Position numbers and translations under genes: made by a program. A DNA stretch of 63,708 bases, counting the filler, from an uncultured Rhodopirellula sp. (GTDB lineage Bacteria; Planctomycetota; Planctomycetia; Pirellulales; Pirellulaceae), in assembly GCA_964007735.1 (NCBI GenBank). It is 3 parts of 3 records of this genome, joined end to end, with 100 filler letters (N's around TTAATTAATTAA, not from the genome) between each part and the next. Parts side by side here need not be neighbours in the genome. Positions count along the whole stretch, not along the records: positions 1 to 23,173 come from CAXGAI010000060.1; 2 more parts are not named here. The stretch is one strand, 5' to 3'. This document shows positions 11,901 to 21,246 of the stretch, piece after piece. The notes under the pieces were generated by a model. That model had not been told where the DNA came from and did not search any database. It worked only from the letters and a program-made list of their open reading frames with translations. Positions within the stretch are counted from its first letter, which is position 1, and each line of letters begins with the position of its first letter.

Positions 11901-12796
11901 TTGAACGCCAGATTAGCACCTCCGCAGCATTCTACAGGCAGTTTGTTGGATTTGCCTTGAGGGGTCGGCGGAGCGGCCACGAGAGCCTTGACCTCGGCAT
12001 CAAGTCCCGGAGTACTTGCAGTAAAATGCTCAGCTGGATCAAGTCCGACCGACCAAAGTAGTCCTTTCGTAAACATGTCGAGCCATTTGGGTTCGGCGAG
12101 GGTTTCATTGTAATGACCAACCGTGGTTGCAAAGACATTGCCTTTCCCATATTTGTTCGTCCAAATGCATGTTTGGAGCTCACCATCACTCATCCGTTTG
12201 GCCTGCCCCAGAACGGTGGCAGTGTCGAAGAGCTTGATTGAGTGATACAGTTCCCCTTTTGGCGCTATGAATGTTTTCCCGAAGCCTTGCATTGCCGGGT
12301 GCTCGCTGTTCATGTTTTCCACAGTGTACGAATAGTGAGGGCCGTGCCCCGGGGATTGCATCCCTACAAATTCAAACCATGTATCATCGCCCGTCCGATA
12401 ACTGTGCATGGCACAGTGAATGAGCATTGCGGGTAGACCCTCGCGGTGAGGTCGTACGATATTCTCGACCCATTGTTTTTCACTGGCATGTGAGAAGCAT
12501 TCGTTGTGGACCACAATATCATATCCTTCGGACCAATTTTTGTCGCGATACAGAGGGATATATGAATCCGTTGCCGTTCCGCCTTGCTGTACTAATGTCC
12601 ATACGACATTGGCTCGGGCAGATATCCCTTTAGAAATGATTTGCTTTTGGCGAGTATAGTCATGACAGCACCCACCACAGACCAGTAAAGCACGGATGGG
12701 ACGTTGCTTGGTACCAAGGTTTTTAGGGTTGGACTGTGCAAATGCCGGTTGGATAGTAAAGACGGCCAAGGTGAAAGCAAAAATCACGTGACGCAT
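8954..12796 (-). CDS. ThuA-like + discoidin (F5/8C) + PVC-type heme-binding beta-propeller + HEAT + cytochrome c protein
   Basis: Start re-assigned to MRHVIFAFTL (signal peptide); GGCCHDY; AVDGDLSTRW; DHTTNGIRMGIDGWLYIAVGDFG; CDWGRS; CAACH..GPHL..LIESILNPN. Confidence 0.85.
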   Translation of the reverse strand: MRHVIFAFTLAVFTIQPAFAQSNPKNLGTKQRPIRALLVCGGCCHDYTRQKQIISKGISARANVVWTLVQQGGTATDSYIPLYRDKNWSEGYDIVVHNECFSHASEKQWVENIVRPHREGLPAMLIHCAMHSYRTGDDTWFEFVGMQSPGHGPHYSYTVENMNSEHPAMQGFGKTFIAPKGELYHSIKLFDTATVLGQAKRMSDGELQTCIWTNKYGKGNVFATTVGHYNETLAEPKWLDMFTKGLLWSVGLDPAEHFTASTPGLDAEVKALVAAPPTPQGKSNKLPVECCGGANLAFKRPAIAQSEEGNKQNFAKNAVDGDLSTRWCTQGQGIGQSWQVELEKESYVRSLRIHWEKDDAIYKYKIHASSDGKDWIEIIDQSGNNKKTNITPHKVDSPNTKFLRVTFLGASGGFWGSFWEFEAYATPDLPILPKALANKPSATNAAVADVQAPEGFNVTLFGSPPEVNYPVCIASAPTGEVFIGVDPQGSLGKEDGQGKVLRCIDIDGDGKADQINEFARMDHPRGLFYDHGSLWVLHPPTLSVFHDTNGDGTADKHEELITGISTDEVERRGADHTTNGIRMGIDGWLYIAVGDFGFTHAEGADGRVLAKRGGGILRVRPDGTEMEIYNWGQRNILDVCIDPFMNVYTRDNTNDGGGWDIRLSHIHQTGNYGYPSLYVNFTKEGLPPLADYGGGSGCGGMYLHDLRWPAPFGNALYTCDWGRSEVYRHNLPANGATFDAHQEVFLKIPRPTDMDVDGSGRMVVASWKNGKFAYSGEDVGFVAMLTPTDHVAKPFPIMPEETDAQLLRHLNALSHVYQIHAQREILRRGVSKERIAALKSAAANDNNPLHGRVAAIYTLKQLAGRDSTSLLLELVKMEGIREHALRALTDRQSEIKTLPLRTFVDALADSNPRVRAQALICLGRIGNPKAGEAIIPHTLRDENYPMPVGEPLYKQADPGRVLSHLAIRALESSNATDACLNAIEGPYTEGAFWALKYMHNAKAVDGLIHRLNTTQNVAIRQEVITTLIRLYHREAEYTGGWWGTRPDLTGPYYDRQRWEQSDKIAKILRTTIPELDSESQASAGVQLAKHKVEIDGLQQLVADANKRAAMAPIKIAKADPNNPDLIANLKADIAAYRANDFKGNPKKGEPLFARQNCAACHTTANGQVPKGPHLVDIGKRYKKHELIESILNPNAKIAQGFDTYAFITVEGKVISGFITSESATEVNIRQTNGLPLVLKKDNIELRRKSEGSMMPKGLADNLTPELLADLIAYLQSLKSK

Positions 12797-12896
12797 GCTA
12801 AGAATTCCATAAAACAAAGAGGACGTGGGGGAGTCGGAACTGCCTTCTGCAAAATCCAAATTCGGGGAAATCGTCAGTCTGGTGACGGCAGTGCGG

Positions 12897-14261
12897 TTAG
12901 AGCAGTGGTAAAGGTTCCCCTTCACAAATAGGAAGAGGACGGCCTAGCTGGTCATAAATTTCTGAATTGTGGTGAATGCCGAGGGCATTGAAAATAGTGG
13001 CGTGTAAATCACCAGGCGTTGCAGGATTGTTCCGGGGGTAGGCGCCGTTGGTATCACTGCTGCCGTATATGTGCCCCCCTTTGATACCGCCTCCTGCTAA
13101 AGCCACCGAATAGACATTAGGGTAATGGTCTCGCCCGGCCCCACCGTTAATCTTTGGCGTCCTACCAAACTCTGTGAGGAAGACAACAAGTGTTTCTTCT
13201 AACATGCCTCGGTCTTCTAGATCGTTTAGCAACGCATTAGAGCCCTGGTCCCATACCGGAAGTAGATCGCGTTTTAACCGGTTGAAATTGTCACGGTGGG
13301 TGTCCCACATATCTCCATTGCCACCGTTAAGATCGCCGGCACTGCAAATTACCTGAGCGATAGGCACGCCGGCCTCAATTAACCGTCTTGCAAGTAGCAA
13401 GCTTTGTCCACCTATATGGTCCCCATAGGCTTCGCGCAATTTCGCCGGTTCTTTATCCAGATTATAAGCATCTCGAACCTTCCCACTGATTAGCATGTCC
13501 GTCGCTAGTTCCCGGAAGTGATCAAAGCTCTGAAAGGATTCTTCCTGATTTAGCGGAGATTCGAGCTTGGTGAGTAATTCCGTGCGTCGTTGCAGAAGAG
13601 GCAGGTCTTTGGCCTCTCCCAGATCGAGTACTTCACTACCGAGGGTCCTTGAAACGCCACCCCATTCGCGTCCAGCAGGTGTTCGGACGACGACGGGGTC
13701 ATAGTTGATTCCCAGAAAGCCGCCATATTCTCCGGCCTGAAGCGTGCCGTTGTCGACCATGGGATAAGGTAATCGTACAGCGCGGGGAACTCCACGAGGT
13801 GCATCTCGGAAGGCACTCACCATTGCAGCCAGGCTTGGCCAGTCTTCACGCATTGGCGGGATGTTGCCGGCACGTGGTGGCTTATGACCGGTCATGTTCC
13901 AGTACATACCACGTCCATGAGCCGAATCAGAGTGGTGCATGGAGCGGATGATTGCCAGCTTTTCTGTTTGCTGAGACATCAGCGGTATGTGTTCACTAAC
14001 CCGGTAGCCTGGGGTTGCTGTGTTGATTGTCCCAAAAGAACCACGTATTTCGGCATGTGCTTCCATTTTAGGGTCGAACGTTTCATGGTGACTCATGCCA
14101 CCCCAGCAATACACGACGATACAGTTTTTTGCTTTTCCGCTGCCGGGTCTAGGTTTCCATGCAGAGGCCTGAGCTGTTTGTTGCATGTGTAGCCACATCG
14201 GCAAAGAATAAGACAGCATGCCGGCTGAAGTTTTCAGCAATTCTCTGCGAGGTAATTTCAT
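12897..14261 (-). CDS. DUF1501 protein
   Basis: RRELL Tat-like signal; GGMSHHETFDPK; LLARRLIEAGV; WDTH; EFGRTPKIN..GRDHY. Confidence 0.9.
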   Translation of the reverse strand: MKLPRRELLKTSAGMLSYSLPMWLHMQQTAQASAWKPRPGSGKAKNCIVVYCWGGMSHHETFDPKMEAHAEIRGSFGTINTATPGYRVSEHIPLMSQQTEKLAIIRSMHHSDSAHGRGMYWNMTGHKPPRAGNIPPMREDWPSLAAMVSAFRDAPRGVPRAVRLPYPMVDNGTLQAGEYGGFLGINYDPVVVRTPAGREWGGVSRTLGSEVLDLGEAKDLPLLQRRTELLTKLESPLNQEESFQSFDHFRELATDMLISGKVRDAYNLDKEPAKLREAYGDHIGGQSLLLARRLIEAGVPIAQVICSAGDLNGGNGDMWDTHRDNFNRLKRDLLPVWDQGSNALLNDLEDRGMLEETLVVFLTEFGRTPKINGGAGRDHYPNVYSVALAGGGIKGGHIYGSSDTNGAYPRNNPATPGDLHATIFNALGIHHNSEIYDQLGRPLPICEGEPLPLL

Positions 14262-14358
14262 GAATAGATCCTACGACCTAGTAGATAATCAAACTACTGT
14301 TATTTTACTAAGAAACATAGAGGTTATGCCAATAGCAGTTTAATGTTATGTGAAAAGG

Positions 14359-15753
14359 TTAACTTAAGATTGGTCTTATCACGTGACCATGGACGTCAGT
14401 TAAGCGGAAGTCCCGTCCGGCGTGTCGATAAACCAGCTTTTCGTGATCAAGACCCATCAAATGCAGGATTGTCGCATGGTAGTCATGGATATGTACGGCG
14501 TCCTGAATCACTTTATTTCCAATGTCATCGGTTTCGCCGTGAATAATACCGCCCTTCACTCCGGCACCTGCCAGCCAGCATGAGAAAGCGTGGGGATGAT
14601 GTGCTCGACTCTTGGTACCTTTCCCATCTTGAGCCCAAGGCGTCCGACCAAATTCAGTACAAAAGATCAAAAGGACCTCGTCGAAGAGTCCACGCTGTTT
14701 GAGGTCTTTTATTAACGCGGCTGCCGGCTGGTCTACTCTCTTGGCATATTTTGCATGAGAGGCAATATCGCGATGAGCCGCATCCCAGTTGTCGCGACAC
14801 GCACCAATCGCATCGATGACCTCGACGAAACGTACGCCTGCTTCAATCATCCGTCTGGCCATGATCACTTGGGAGGCATACGAAGTCGGGTTGTCAGGCG
14901 ATGCACCATACAATTCGAATGTAGCCTTGCTCTCCTTCGACAGGTCCATGATCTCCGGAGCCTCGGCCTGCAGACCGCGAGCTGTTTCGAAGGAGCTGAT
15001 CCTTGCTTTCAGTGTGTTGTCGGATTTCCGCTTTTCAAGATGTCGATTATTTAGAGAGGAGAGAAGCGTCAGCTCAAGTGACTGATTGGCAGGGTCTGAA
15101 GCCGGCGTTAGATTTTTGATGGGCGTTTCGCCTGGGGTGATTTGGACACCAGTATTCTTTCCGGGCAGGAAGATGGAGTCCCAGATTTGAGGTCCGGCGT
15201 ACGGGCGATGCTCGGAGATCACCACATGCCCCGGCATCGACGTATTGTCTGAACCTAATCCATGGTTAAGCCAGGAGCCCAGTGAGGGCATTGCAAACCC
15301 GGTGCTGCCAGTGTGCAACTGTAGCGTGGCTTCACCGTGGTCGAGGTGGTCGCAATTCATAGAACGGATAAGAGCACACTCGTGCATTTGTTCCCGTATG
15401 TGTGGAAAGAGGTCGCTAACCTCGGTCCCACATCGTTTGTTGGGGCTAAATTTCCAATTCGAGGCTTTGAGGTAGCGGTCAAAGTCTTTACGTCCAAACT
15501 GATAGCCAATCGAAGTATCATGTTCGCGAGCTAAACGAGGTTTCGGGTCAAAGGTGTCAACATGTGAATATCCACCCGACATGTACAAAACAATGACCTG
15601 CTTGGCTTTAGGTGTGAAATGCGCTGCAGGAAGTTCTTTTCCCAGGACCGCGCTACTGCCGGGGACAATGCCCGGTATTGCTCCTAGTGCTGCCGTTCTT
15701 CCGAGACGTTTGAGTGCGGTTCTGCGATCGATATTTGTTGTATACATACTCAC
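14359..15753 (-). CDS. DUF1501 protein
   Basis: AKQVIVLYMSGGYSHVDTFDPK; ARRMIEAGVRFV; WDAH; EFGRTP; DYHATILHLMGLDH. Confidence 0.9.
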   Translation of the reverse strand: MSMYTTNIDRRTALKRLGRTAALGAIPGIVPGSSAVLGKELPAAHFTPKAKQVIVLYMSGGYSHVDTFDPKPRLAREHDTSIGYQFGRKDFDRYLKASNWKFSPNKRCGTEVSDLFPHIREQMHECALIRSMNCDHLDHGEATLQLHTGSTGFAMPSLGSWLNHGLGSDNTSMPGHVVISEHRPYAGPQIWDSIFLPGKNTGVQITPGETPIKNLTPASDPANQSLELTLLSSLNNRHLEKRKSDNTLKARISSFETARGLQAEAPEIMDLSKESKATFELYGASPDNPTSYASQVIMARRMIEAGVRFVEVIDAIGACRDNWDAAHRDIASHAKYAKRVDQPAAALIKDLKQRGLFDEVLLIFCTEFGRTPWAQDGKGTKSRAHHPHAFSCWLAGAGVKGGIIHGETDDIGNKVIQDAVHIHDYHATILHLMGLDHEKLVYRHAGRDFRLTDVHGHVIRPILS

Positions 15754-15757
15754 AGTG

Positions 15758-18700
15758 CTAATCGATGAAAAAAAACTCGTTGCTGGTTAATAAGACTCGA
15801 CACAACGCCTGATATTCGCGTAGCGTTGTTTTAGGCGTTGCGTTCGAAATGTCAGTCGTTTGTCGGTAATTCCTTAGAAAAGATTTGGTTTCCTGTAATT
15901 CTTCTTGGGCGATGTTACGGGCATACAAGAGCTGGAAAAGCCAGCGGAGTTGGTCATCTTCAGTCTCCTTGGCATTAACCATGCGTACGGCCAGTGCCTG
16001 TGATTGCTCAGCAATGAATTTTGAATTCATCAGAAATAGAGCCTGTGCCGGAACCGTGGTTGTGTTTCGTTCTGACGTGCTACTGTTGGTATCCGGGCTA
16101 TCAAATAATCCCAGCAGCGAATGACGGAATATTCGTTGGGTAATTAGGTAGACGCTGCGATGTTTATGGTCATATTCCTTATGAAACGGATTGTTCAGGT
16201 TGTAGCGGGTTCTGTACCATGGGTCGAGTGGATGTGCTCCCGGCTGTGCTAGATTCAATTGGCCACTGGTGAACAGAATGGAATCCCGAATCGATTCCGC
16301 ATCCAGCCTTTGCCGTGAATATTTCCATAACCATACATTGCCGGGGTCTTGAATCTGGAGTGCTTCCTTTCCATCGAGGCTGCTAAGCGCATACGTTTCT
16401 GTGAGCATGATGCGGCGATGGAGTTGCTTGAGTGACCATTGTTCATCAACAAACGTTTGCGTTAGCCAATCTAAGAGTTCGGGGTGCGTAGGTCGCTTGC
16501 CCTGTCTCCCAAAGTTGTCCAACGTTTCCACAATTCCCCGTCCAAAATGCTGAGACCAGATACGATTGACGATAACTCGTGGCGTTAAAGGATGGTCGTC
16601 CTGAGTAAGCCAGTTAGCTAGTTGCAGCCGTCCAGAGCCCGCTTCAATCTTGATTTCGTTTGTAGGAGTGATCGTGGATAGAAAATGGCGAGGGACGACC
16701 GGCCCTTCCGTTTCCGGGTTACCGCGCAGGTGAATAGGTGAATCTGCGGCTTTGCCATCGCGGACGCTAAAGACAAATAGATAGGGTGGCTCAGCGCCCA
16801 TTTTGTCCTTTGTATCCCTGAGCCATTGCAAACCATAGAGCATTAGTTCCCGAAAATCTCCGGACCGAAAATCCAGCTGTTCTTCCCGCAGGGCTTCCAG
16901 TTCAGTAATGTTCCTTTGGACCGCTTTGCCTTGATCAGTTTCTTCGTGACCAGCCTTGGTCAAATTTGCTAGTTTTGATCGTTCGTCGTTGAGGTTTTTG
17001 TCGGCCTGTTTGAAAGCATCAAGGGTGGGCTTGAGCCATGGTCTGAAATGATTGTTGATTTGGTATTCGTAGCGATCTATCAGACGCCAATACTCTTGAG
17101 CCTCCTCGGGAGAACTGGTGAGCGGATCGTGAGGATTCAAGTTAAAGGGAGACTTCTGATCAGACATACCCATCCAGGGATACTCAGTACTACGGAAGAT
17201 CCCATAAAACCCGTAGTAATCAGCTGTTGGGATAGGGTCAAATTTATGATCGTGACAGCGGGCGCAACGCAATGTGAGTCCCAGAATACCGCGACCGACA
17301 GTATCTAAAGTATCTTCAATGGTCATGTGGAGGCTGTCTTCGCGGCGGTTGCCAAAGCGACGGCTAAGAGAGATAAAGCCGGTAGCAACATTGTAGCCCT
17401 TGGCATCTTCCGAGTTGGACATCCGTGATGCAAGTATGTCGCCCGCTAGTTGCGCCTGGATGAAGGCGTTGTAAGGTATGTCATTATTTAGGGCGTTAAT
17501 CACCCAGTTGCGATATAAGTACGCTGAATGAATAGGTATGTCGCCTACATCGCCCTGTGTATCGGCGTACCGAGCCACGTCTAGCCATAACCGTCCCTGC
17601 CGTTCTCCATAGCGAGGTGAGTTGAGCAGGCGGTCGATGACTTTAGCAAAAGCGTCGTGATCGTCAGCAGGATCGTCGATAAACGCTGCGACCTCAGCAA
17701 GCGTTGGAGGCAGGCCGGTGAGGTCGAGACTAGCTCGGCGAATAAGTGTACGGCGACCTGCGCGCGGGTTGGCAACGAGCCCGTGTGCGAGTCGCTGAGC
17801 GTGAACAAACTGGTCAATGGCGTGTTGGTTCCAGCGGCGATCTTTTACTGGAGGAGGGGTTGTGGTCTGGCGAGGCTGAAATGCCCAGTCAATTGTTGGG
17901 TCGAACGCAACCGTGGTGGAGTCGGATTTGTGAGTTTTGGTAGCTGTTGTTGCGGGTGAATTTGGCCAAACGGCTCCGTCATTGATCCACTGGTAAAATA
18001 GACGTATTTCGTCTCGTGCTAATCGATCGTCATCATCCGGAGGCATCCGCAGTTCTTTATGTGTTTTCTGGATAGCGGCCATCAGTAAACTGTCTTCAGC
18101 ACGGAAGGGAATGATGGAAGCTCCGTATTCCCCACCTTGTAGAAGCGTTTGGCGGGAAAGCACGGAGAGTGAACTTTCGGATTCGACCTCACCGGAGTGG
18201 CATCCAGCACATCGCTCGATCAGGATCGGGCGAATGTTAGTTTCGAAGAACAGTTCCTTTTCCTGAAGTGTTGGATTGCGCTTAGTCTCTGAGGTTAATG
18301 TTGCAAGTCCCGCCTGATAATGTTGTTGAAGATCTGCAGGGGAAAGTACAGATGAATAAATGACGAGTTCGTCGAGACGACCTTCCCAGGGACTGTTCTT
18401 TTGAGGGTTGTTACCAATGATCAGAGAGCCCCGATTGCTGAATTTAATTGAATCAGAAACGGTATTATGGGCAACTTCAATACCATCAAGATAAGCCGCG
18501 GCTTGTGTTGTTTGAGCTCTGCGAGTTACAGTAATCGCCACGTGGTGGAACGACCGTTCCTTTGGTGGTTTGTTTAAGGAAGGGTTTTTGAACTCCAGGC
18601 GAAGGATGCCGTTGGCCTTGTTCTGAAGAGCGAACATGAAATGACCATCCTGTCTTTTTCGATAAACCCAAAGTGAGTTCCGTGTGAAAGCATTTGTGTC

Positions 18701-19069
18701 GGCCTTGTAGAGAACCGAATAGTTAATGCTGTTGTTGGGAGTAGGAGCGTCGTCAAGGTACCAAAATTCGACGGTGAATGAGTTGTTGAGTACCTCGTTA
18801 AGGACGTTGTTGGTTTTCTCGTCCAGGTTAAATGTCGTACTACCACGAATCGCAGAATGTGAATAGGCTCCGGCAAGTCCGTTGATGCCACGTAGCGGTG
18901 CTGGGGTAGTGAGCTGATGTGGAGTGACCCCAAGGGTTCCGTTGGAGTAGCTGTCGTGATGGCTGAGGTAAACGACCGGGCCTTTGCTTTCAATTAATTC
19001 GCCATATTCAGTTGCTGGACAACTGGTGCTCATGAGCAGGACGACAAAAAGGATAGATAATGATTTCAT
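15758..19069 (-). CDS. LamG-like + PSCyt1 + DUF1549 + DUF1553 protein
   Basis: FTVEFW/HHVAIT/GRLDELVIY (LamG); CAGCH; WLDVARYADT; CARCHDHKFDP; RLQLANWL; NEFFFID end. Confidence 0.9.
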   Translation of the reverse strand: MKSLSILFVVLLMSTSCPATEYGELIESKGPVVYLSHHDSYSNGTLGVTPHQLTTPAPLRGINGLAGAYSHSAIRGSTTFNLDEKTNNVLNEVLNNSFTVEFWYLDDAPTPNNSINYSVLYKADTNAFTRNSLWVYRKRQDGHFMFALQNKANGILRLEFKNPSLNKPPKERSFHHVAITVTRRAQTTQAAAYLDGIEVAHNTVSDSIKFSNRGSLIIGNNPQKNSPWEGRLDELVIYSSVLSPADLQQHYQAGLATLTSETKRNPTLQEKELFFETNIRPILIERCAGCHSGEVESESSLSVLSRQTLLQGGEYGASIIPFRAEDSLLMAAIQKTHKELRMPPDDDDRLARDEIRLFYQWINDGAVWPNSPATTATKTHKSDSTTVAFDPTIDWAFQPRQTTTPPPVKDRRWNQHAIDQFVHAQRLAHGLVANPRAGRRTLIRRASLDLTGLPPTLAEVAAFIDDPADDHDAFAKVIDRLLNSPRYGERQGRLWLDVARYADTQGDVGDIPIHSAYLYRNWVINALNNDIPYNAFIQAQLAGDILASRMSNSEDAKGYNVATGFISLSRRFGNRREDSLHMTIEDTLDTVGRGILGLTLRCARCHDHKFDPIPTADYYGFYGIFRSTEYPWMGMSDQKSPFNLNPHDPLTSSPEEAQEYWRLIDRYEYQINNHFRPWLKPTLDAFKQADKNLNDERSKLANLTKAGHEETDQGKAVQRNITELEALREEQLDFRSGDFRELMLYGLQWLRDTKDKMGAEPPYLFVFSVRDGKAADSPIHLRGNPETEGPVVPRHFLSTITPTNEIKIEAGSGRLQLANWLTQDDHPLTPRVIVNRIWSQHFGRGIVETLDNFGRQGKRPTHPELLDWLTQTFVDEQWSLKQLHRRIMLTETYALSSLDGKEALQIQDPGNVWLWKYSRQRLDAESIRDSILFTSGQLNLAQPGAHPLDPWYRTRYNLNNPFHKEYDHKHRSVYLITQRIFRHSLLGLFDSPDTNSSTSERNTTTVPAQALFLMNSKFIAEQSQALAVRMVNAKETEDDQLRWLFQLLYARNIAQEELQETKSFLRNYRQTTDISNATPKTTLREYQALCRVLLTSNEFFFID

Positions 19070-19106
19070 ATCTCTAGTTCAAAGGTAAATTCTTAGCCGG
19101 GAGGGT

Positions 19107-19388
19107 TTACAGGTGTACCGGAATGAATCTGGTTTGTTCATCCCCGTTAGCCGGATGGGGCGGTTCTTGCCATGGAATCTCTACTTCATCATTTAGAAAC
19201 TGCTGGACGCTAGCTTTGAATGCCGGAACGATTCTGCTCAAGGCAGTTCGCTCGTCGGTCGCAACGAATTCGATGCCGTTAAGGTTCGCGACCCGCGCTT
19301 TGACACCGTCAGGCGTTGAACTGACGTGAACGATGCAATTAAAAGTTGGTATTTCCTGAGAGGTGATTTGCAAAGGATTGTCGTGCAT
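19107..19388 (-). CDS. small conserved protein, HicB-like fold suspected
   Basis: Beta-beta-beta-alpha pattern (CIVHV..VKARVANL..ERTALSRIV..EIPW). Confidence 0.55.
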   Translation of the reverse strand: MHDNPLQITSQEIPTFNCIVHVSSTPDGVKARVANLNGIEFVATDERTALSRIVPAFKASVQQFLNDEVEIPWQEPPHPANGDEQTRFIPVHL

Positions 19389-19526
19389 TGTTGTTGGTGG
19401 AATAAAGGGTTGGAATCGGTGGTGTATCAGGCCAATTTACAGGGATGTGTCTACCTGCCATTATAAGTCATTGGGATGTAATTATAGGCAGCTCTTCCTC
19501 CCTTTCTCCGTGGAATGTGAAAGCTT

Positions 19527-21107
19527 GTGAATAGAACGAACCTACTACCATTAATGATCGGCTTGTTTTGTTTCTGTACGTCTTCGCTGACGCAGCAAGT
19601 GGAAGCTCAACGTCTGCGTACCGGGATACTTCATCCGCCGGCAGGTAAGATGGTTGGCGAAATTCTGGAACAATCAACGGACCTGCATGTTTATCGAGGA
19701 ATTCCTTTCGCGAAGCCTCCCGTCAGGGAATTGCGTTGGCGACCTCCTCAGCCGCTTGGAGCCTGGGAAGGTGTCCGTGCTTGCCTTGAGAATGGTAGTC
19801 AGTCGGTTCAGACATGGAAGGGTACGGCGTATGGAAATGAAGATTGTTTGTACTTAAACGTCTGGACGAATCGGGCCGGTAAGCCCCATGCTAAACTACC
19901 GGTCATGGTTTGGATTCATGGAGGTGGATGGACCGGTGGGAATGGCGGACGATCGTATTATAGCGGGACGGCAATCTCGCGGCGTGGAGTCATACTTGTG
20001 ACCGTTAACTATCGTCTTGGGGCGATGGGTTTTCTCGCCCATGAGGCTTTGGCAGAGGAAAGCAAACGCGGGATTTCTGGTAATTACGGACTGATGGATA
20101 ATATCCTCGCGTTGCAGTGGATTCAAAAGAATATCACTGCGTTTGGCGGGGATCCGGAGAATGTTACGATTTTCGGGGAGTCAGCTGGTGGAGCCACAGT
20201 TTCGGCATTGTGTTGCATTCCTGAAGCCAATGGCCTGTTTCATAAAGCGATCTCGCAAAGCCCGTGGATGTTTGGATATACCAACCCCCTGGCTGCTAGA
20301 AACATTGTTCACCAGACCGAGAAGATTGGAGAGGTCGAGAGTGGGGAAACCTCCGGGCAGCGATGGGTTGGAAAGTTTACAGAGAAAACAGGTGCCGAAG
20401 CCATTGCTGAGTTACGTGCAATGGATGCAAAACAGTTGTTTAAGGGATACTATCCAGCCAAGTTGACGGTTGATAATGACTTTCTCCCCGATCACCCCTT
20501 GGAAATGTTCAAACGTGGAGAGCAGTTCGATATACCAATGATTGTAGGAACGACGCAACACGAAGGTAACTACTTTCAGGGAGGTGTGTCGGTCAAAGAT
20601 CGTCAAGCATTTGTCGGCAAGCTTAAGGGCTTCTATGGTGAAACACGGGGCAGTGATTTGGCGCAGGCGTTTCCGGGAGCAGCCAAGCCTGCCGCTGTTC
20701 AGTTTGTGACGGATGCCTGGTTTGTTCATCCCGCAAGAATAATGCTACTGGGAATGGATAAAGTAAGTTCGCCGGCTTATCAGTTTGAATTTCGCCGGGT
20801 GAATCACAAGGATCCTACGAAAGGAGCGCCTCACGCTATTGAAATTCGCTATGTATTCAATTCTTTGCAGGATGCGGAAACGCGTCCCCAGGATCAACAG
20901 TTATCTGATTTGTGTACTAATTATTGGACACAATTCGCAAAGACGGGAAATCCTAACAAAGCATCACAGCCTCGCTGGCCGGTATATACAAAAAAAGAAC
21001 GAGCCTTCCTTGCGTTGGATCACAAAGTACAGATTTTCTATGACATTAACCGTACGGCATTAGATGCATTAGATGAGGCTAACCAGGGACTTTGGCCAGC
21101 CAAATAA
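19527..21107 (+). CDS. type-B carboxylesterase/lipase
   Basis: GIPFAKPP..LRW.PP; EDCLYLNVW; WIHGGG; NYRLG; GESAG nucleophile; GAPHA. Confidence 0.95.
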   Translation: MNRTNLLPLMIGLFCFCTSSLTQQVEAQRLRTGILHPPAGKMVGEILEQSTDLHVYRGIPFAKPPVRELRWRPPQPLGAWEGVRACLENGSQSVQTWKGTAYGNEDCLYLNVWTNRAGKPHAKLPVMVWIHGGGWTGGNGGRSYYSGTAISRRGVILVTVNYRLGAMGFLAHEALAEESKRGISGNYGLMDNILALQWIQKNITAFGGDPENVTIFGESAGGATVSALCCIPEANGLFHKAISQSPWMFGYTNPLAARNIVHQTEKIGEVESGETSGQRWVGKFTEKTGAEAIAELRAMDAKQLFKGYYPAKLTVDNDFLPDHPLEMFKRGEQFDIPMIVGTTQHEGNYFQGGVSVKDRQAFVGKLKGFYGETRGSDLAQAFPGAAKPAAVQFVTDAWFVHPARIMLLGMDKVSSPAYQFEFRRVNHKDPTKGAPHAIEIRYVFNSLQDAETRPQDQQLSDLCTNYWTQFAKTGNPNKASQPRWPVYTKKERAFLALDHKVQIFYDINRTALDALDEANQGLWPAK

Positions 21108-21246
21108 GTCCCCGGATAAAATCCTCCAAGATGGCCGGGATTTCGTTATATAAAAAGTGGTGAATGCGTTCGATGGTTTTGTGACGGTTCTTTTATAATT
21201 GATTTGGATTTTAAGGTATTGAGCTTACACGTAAGGACCGTGATTA

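Noticed and set aside
12797..12925. N-terminal extension of the 1323-aa ORF
   Set aside because: Overlaps the upstream DUF1501 stop; the signal peptide begins at Met44 (12796)
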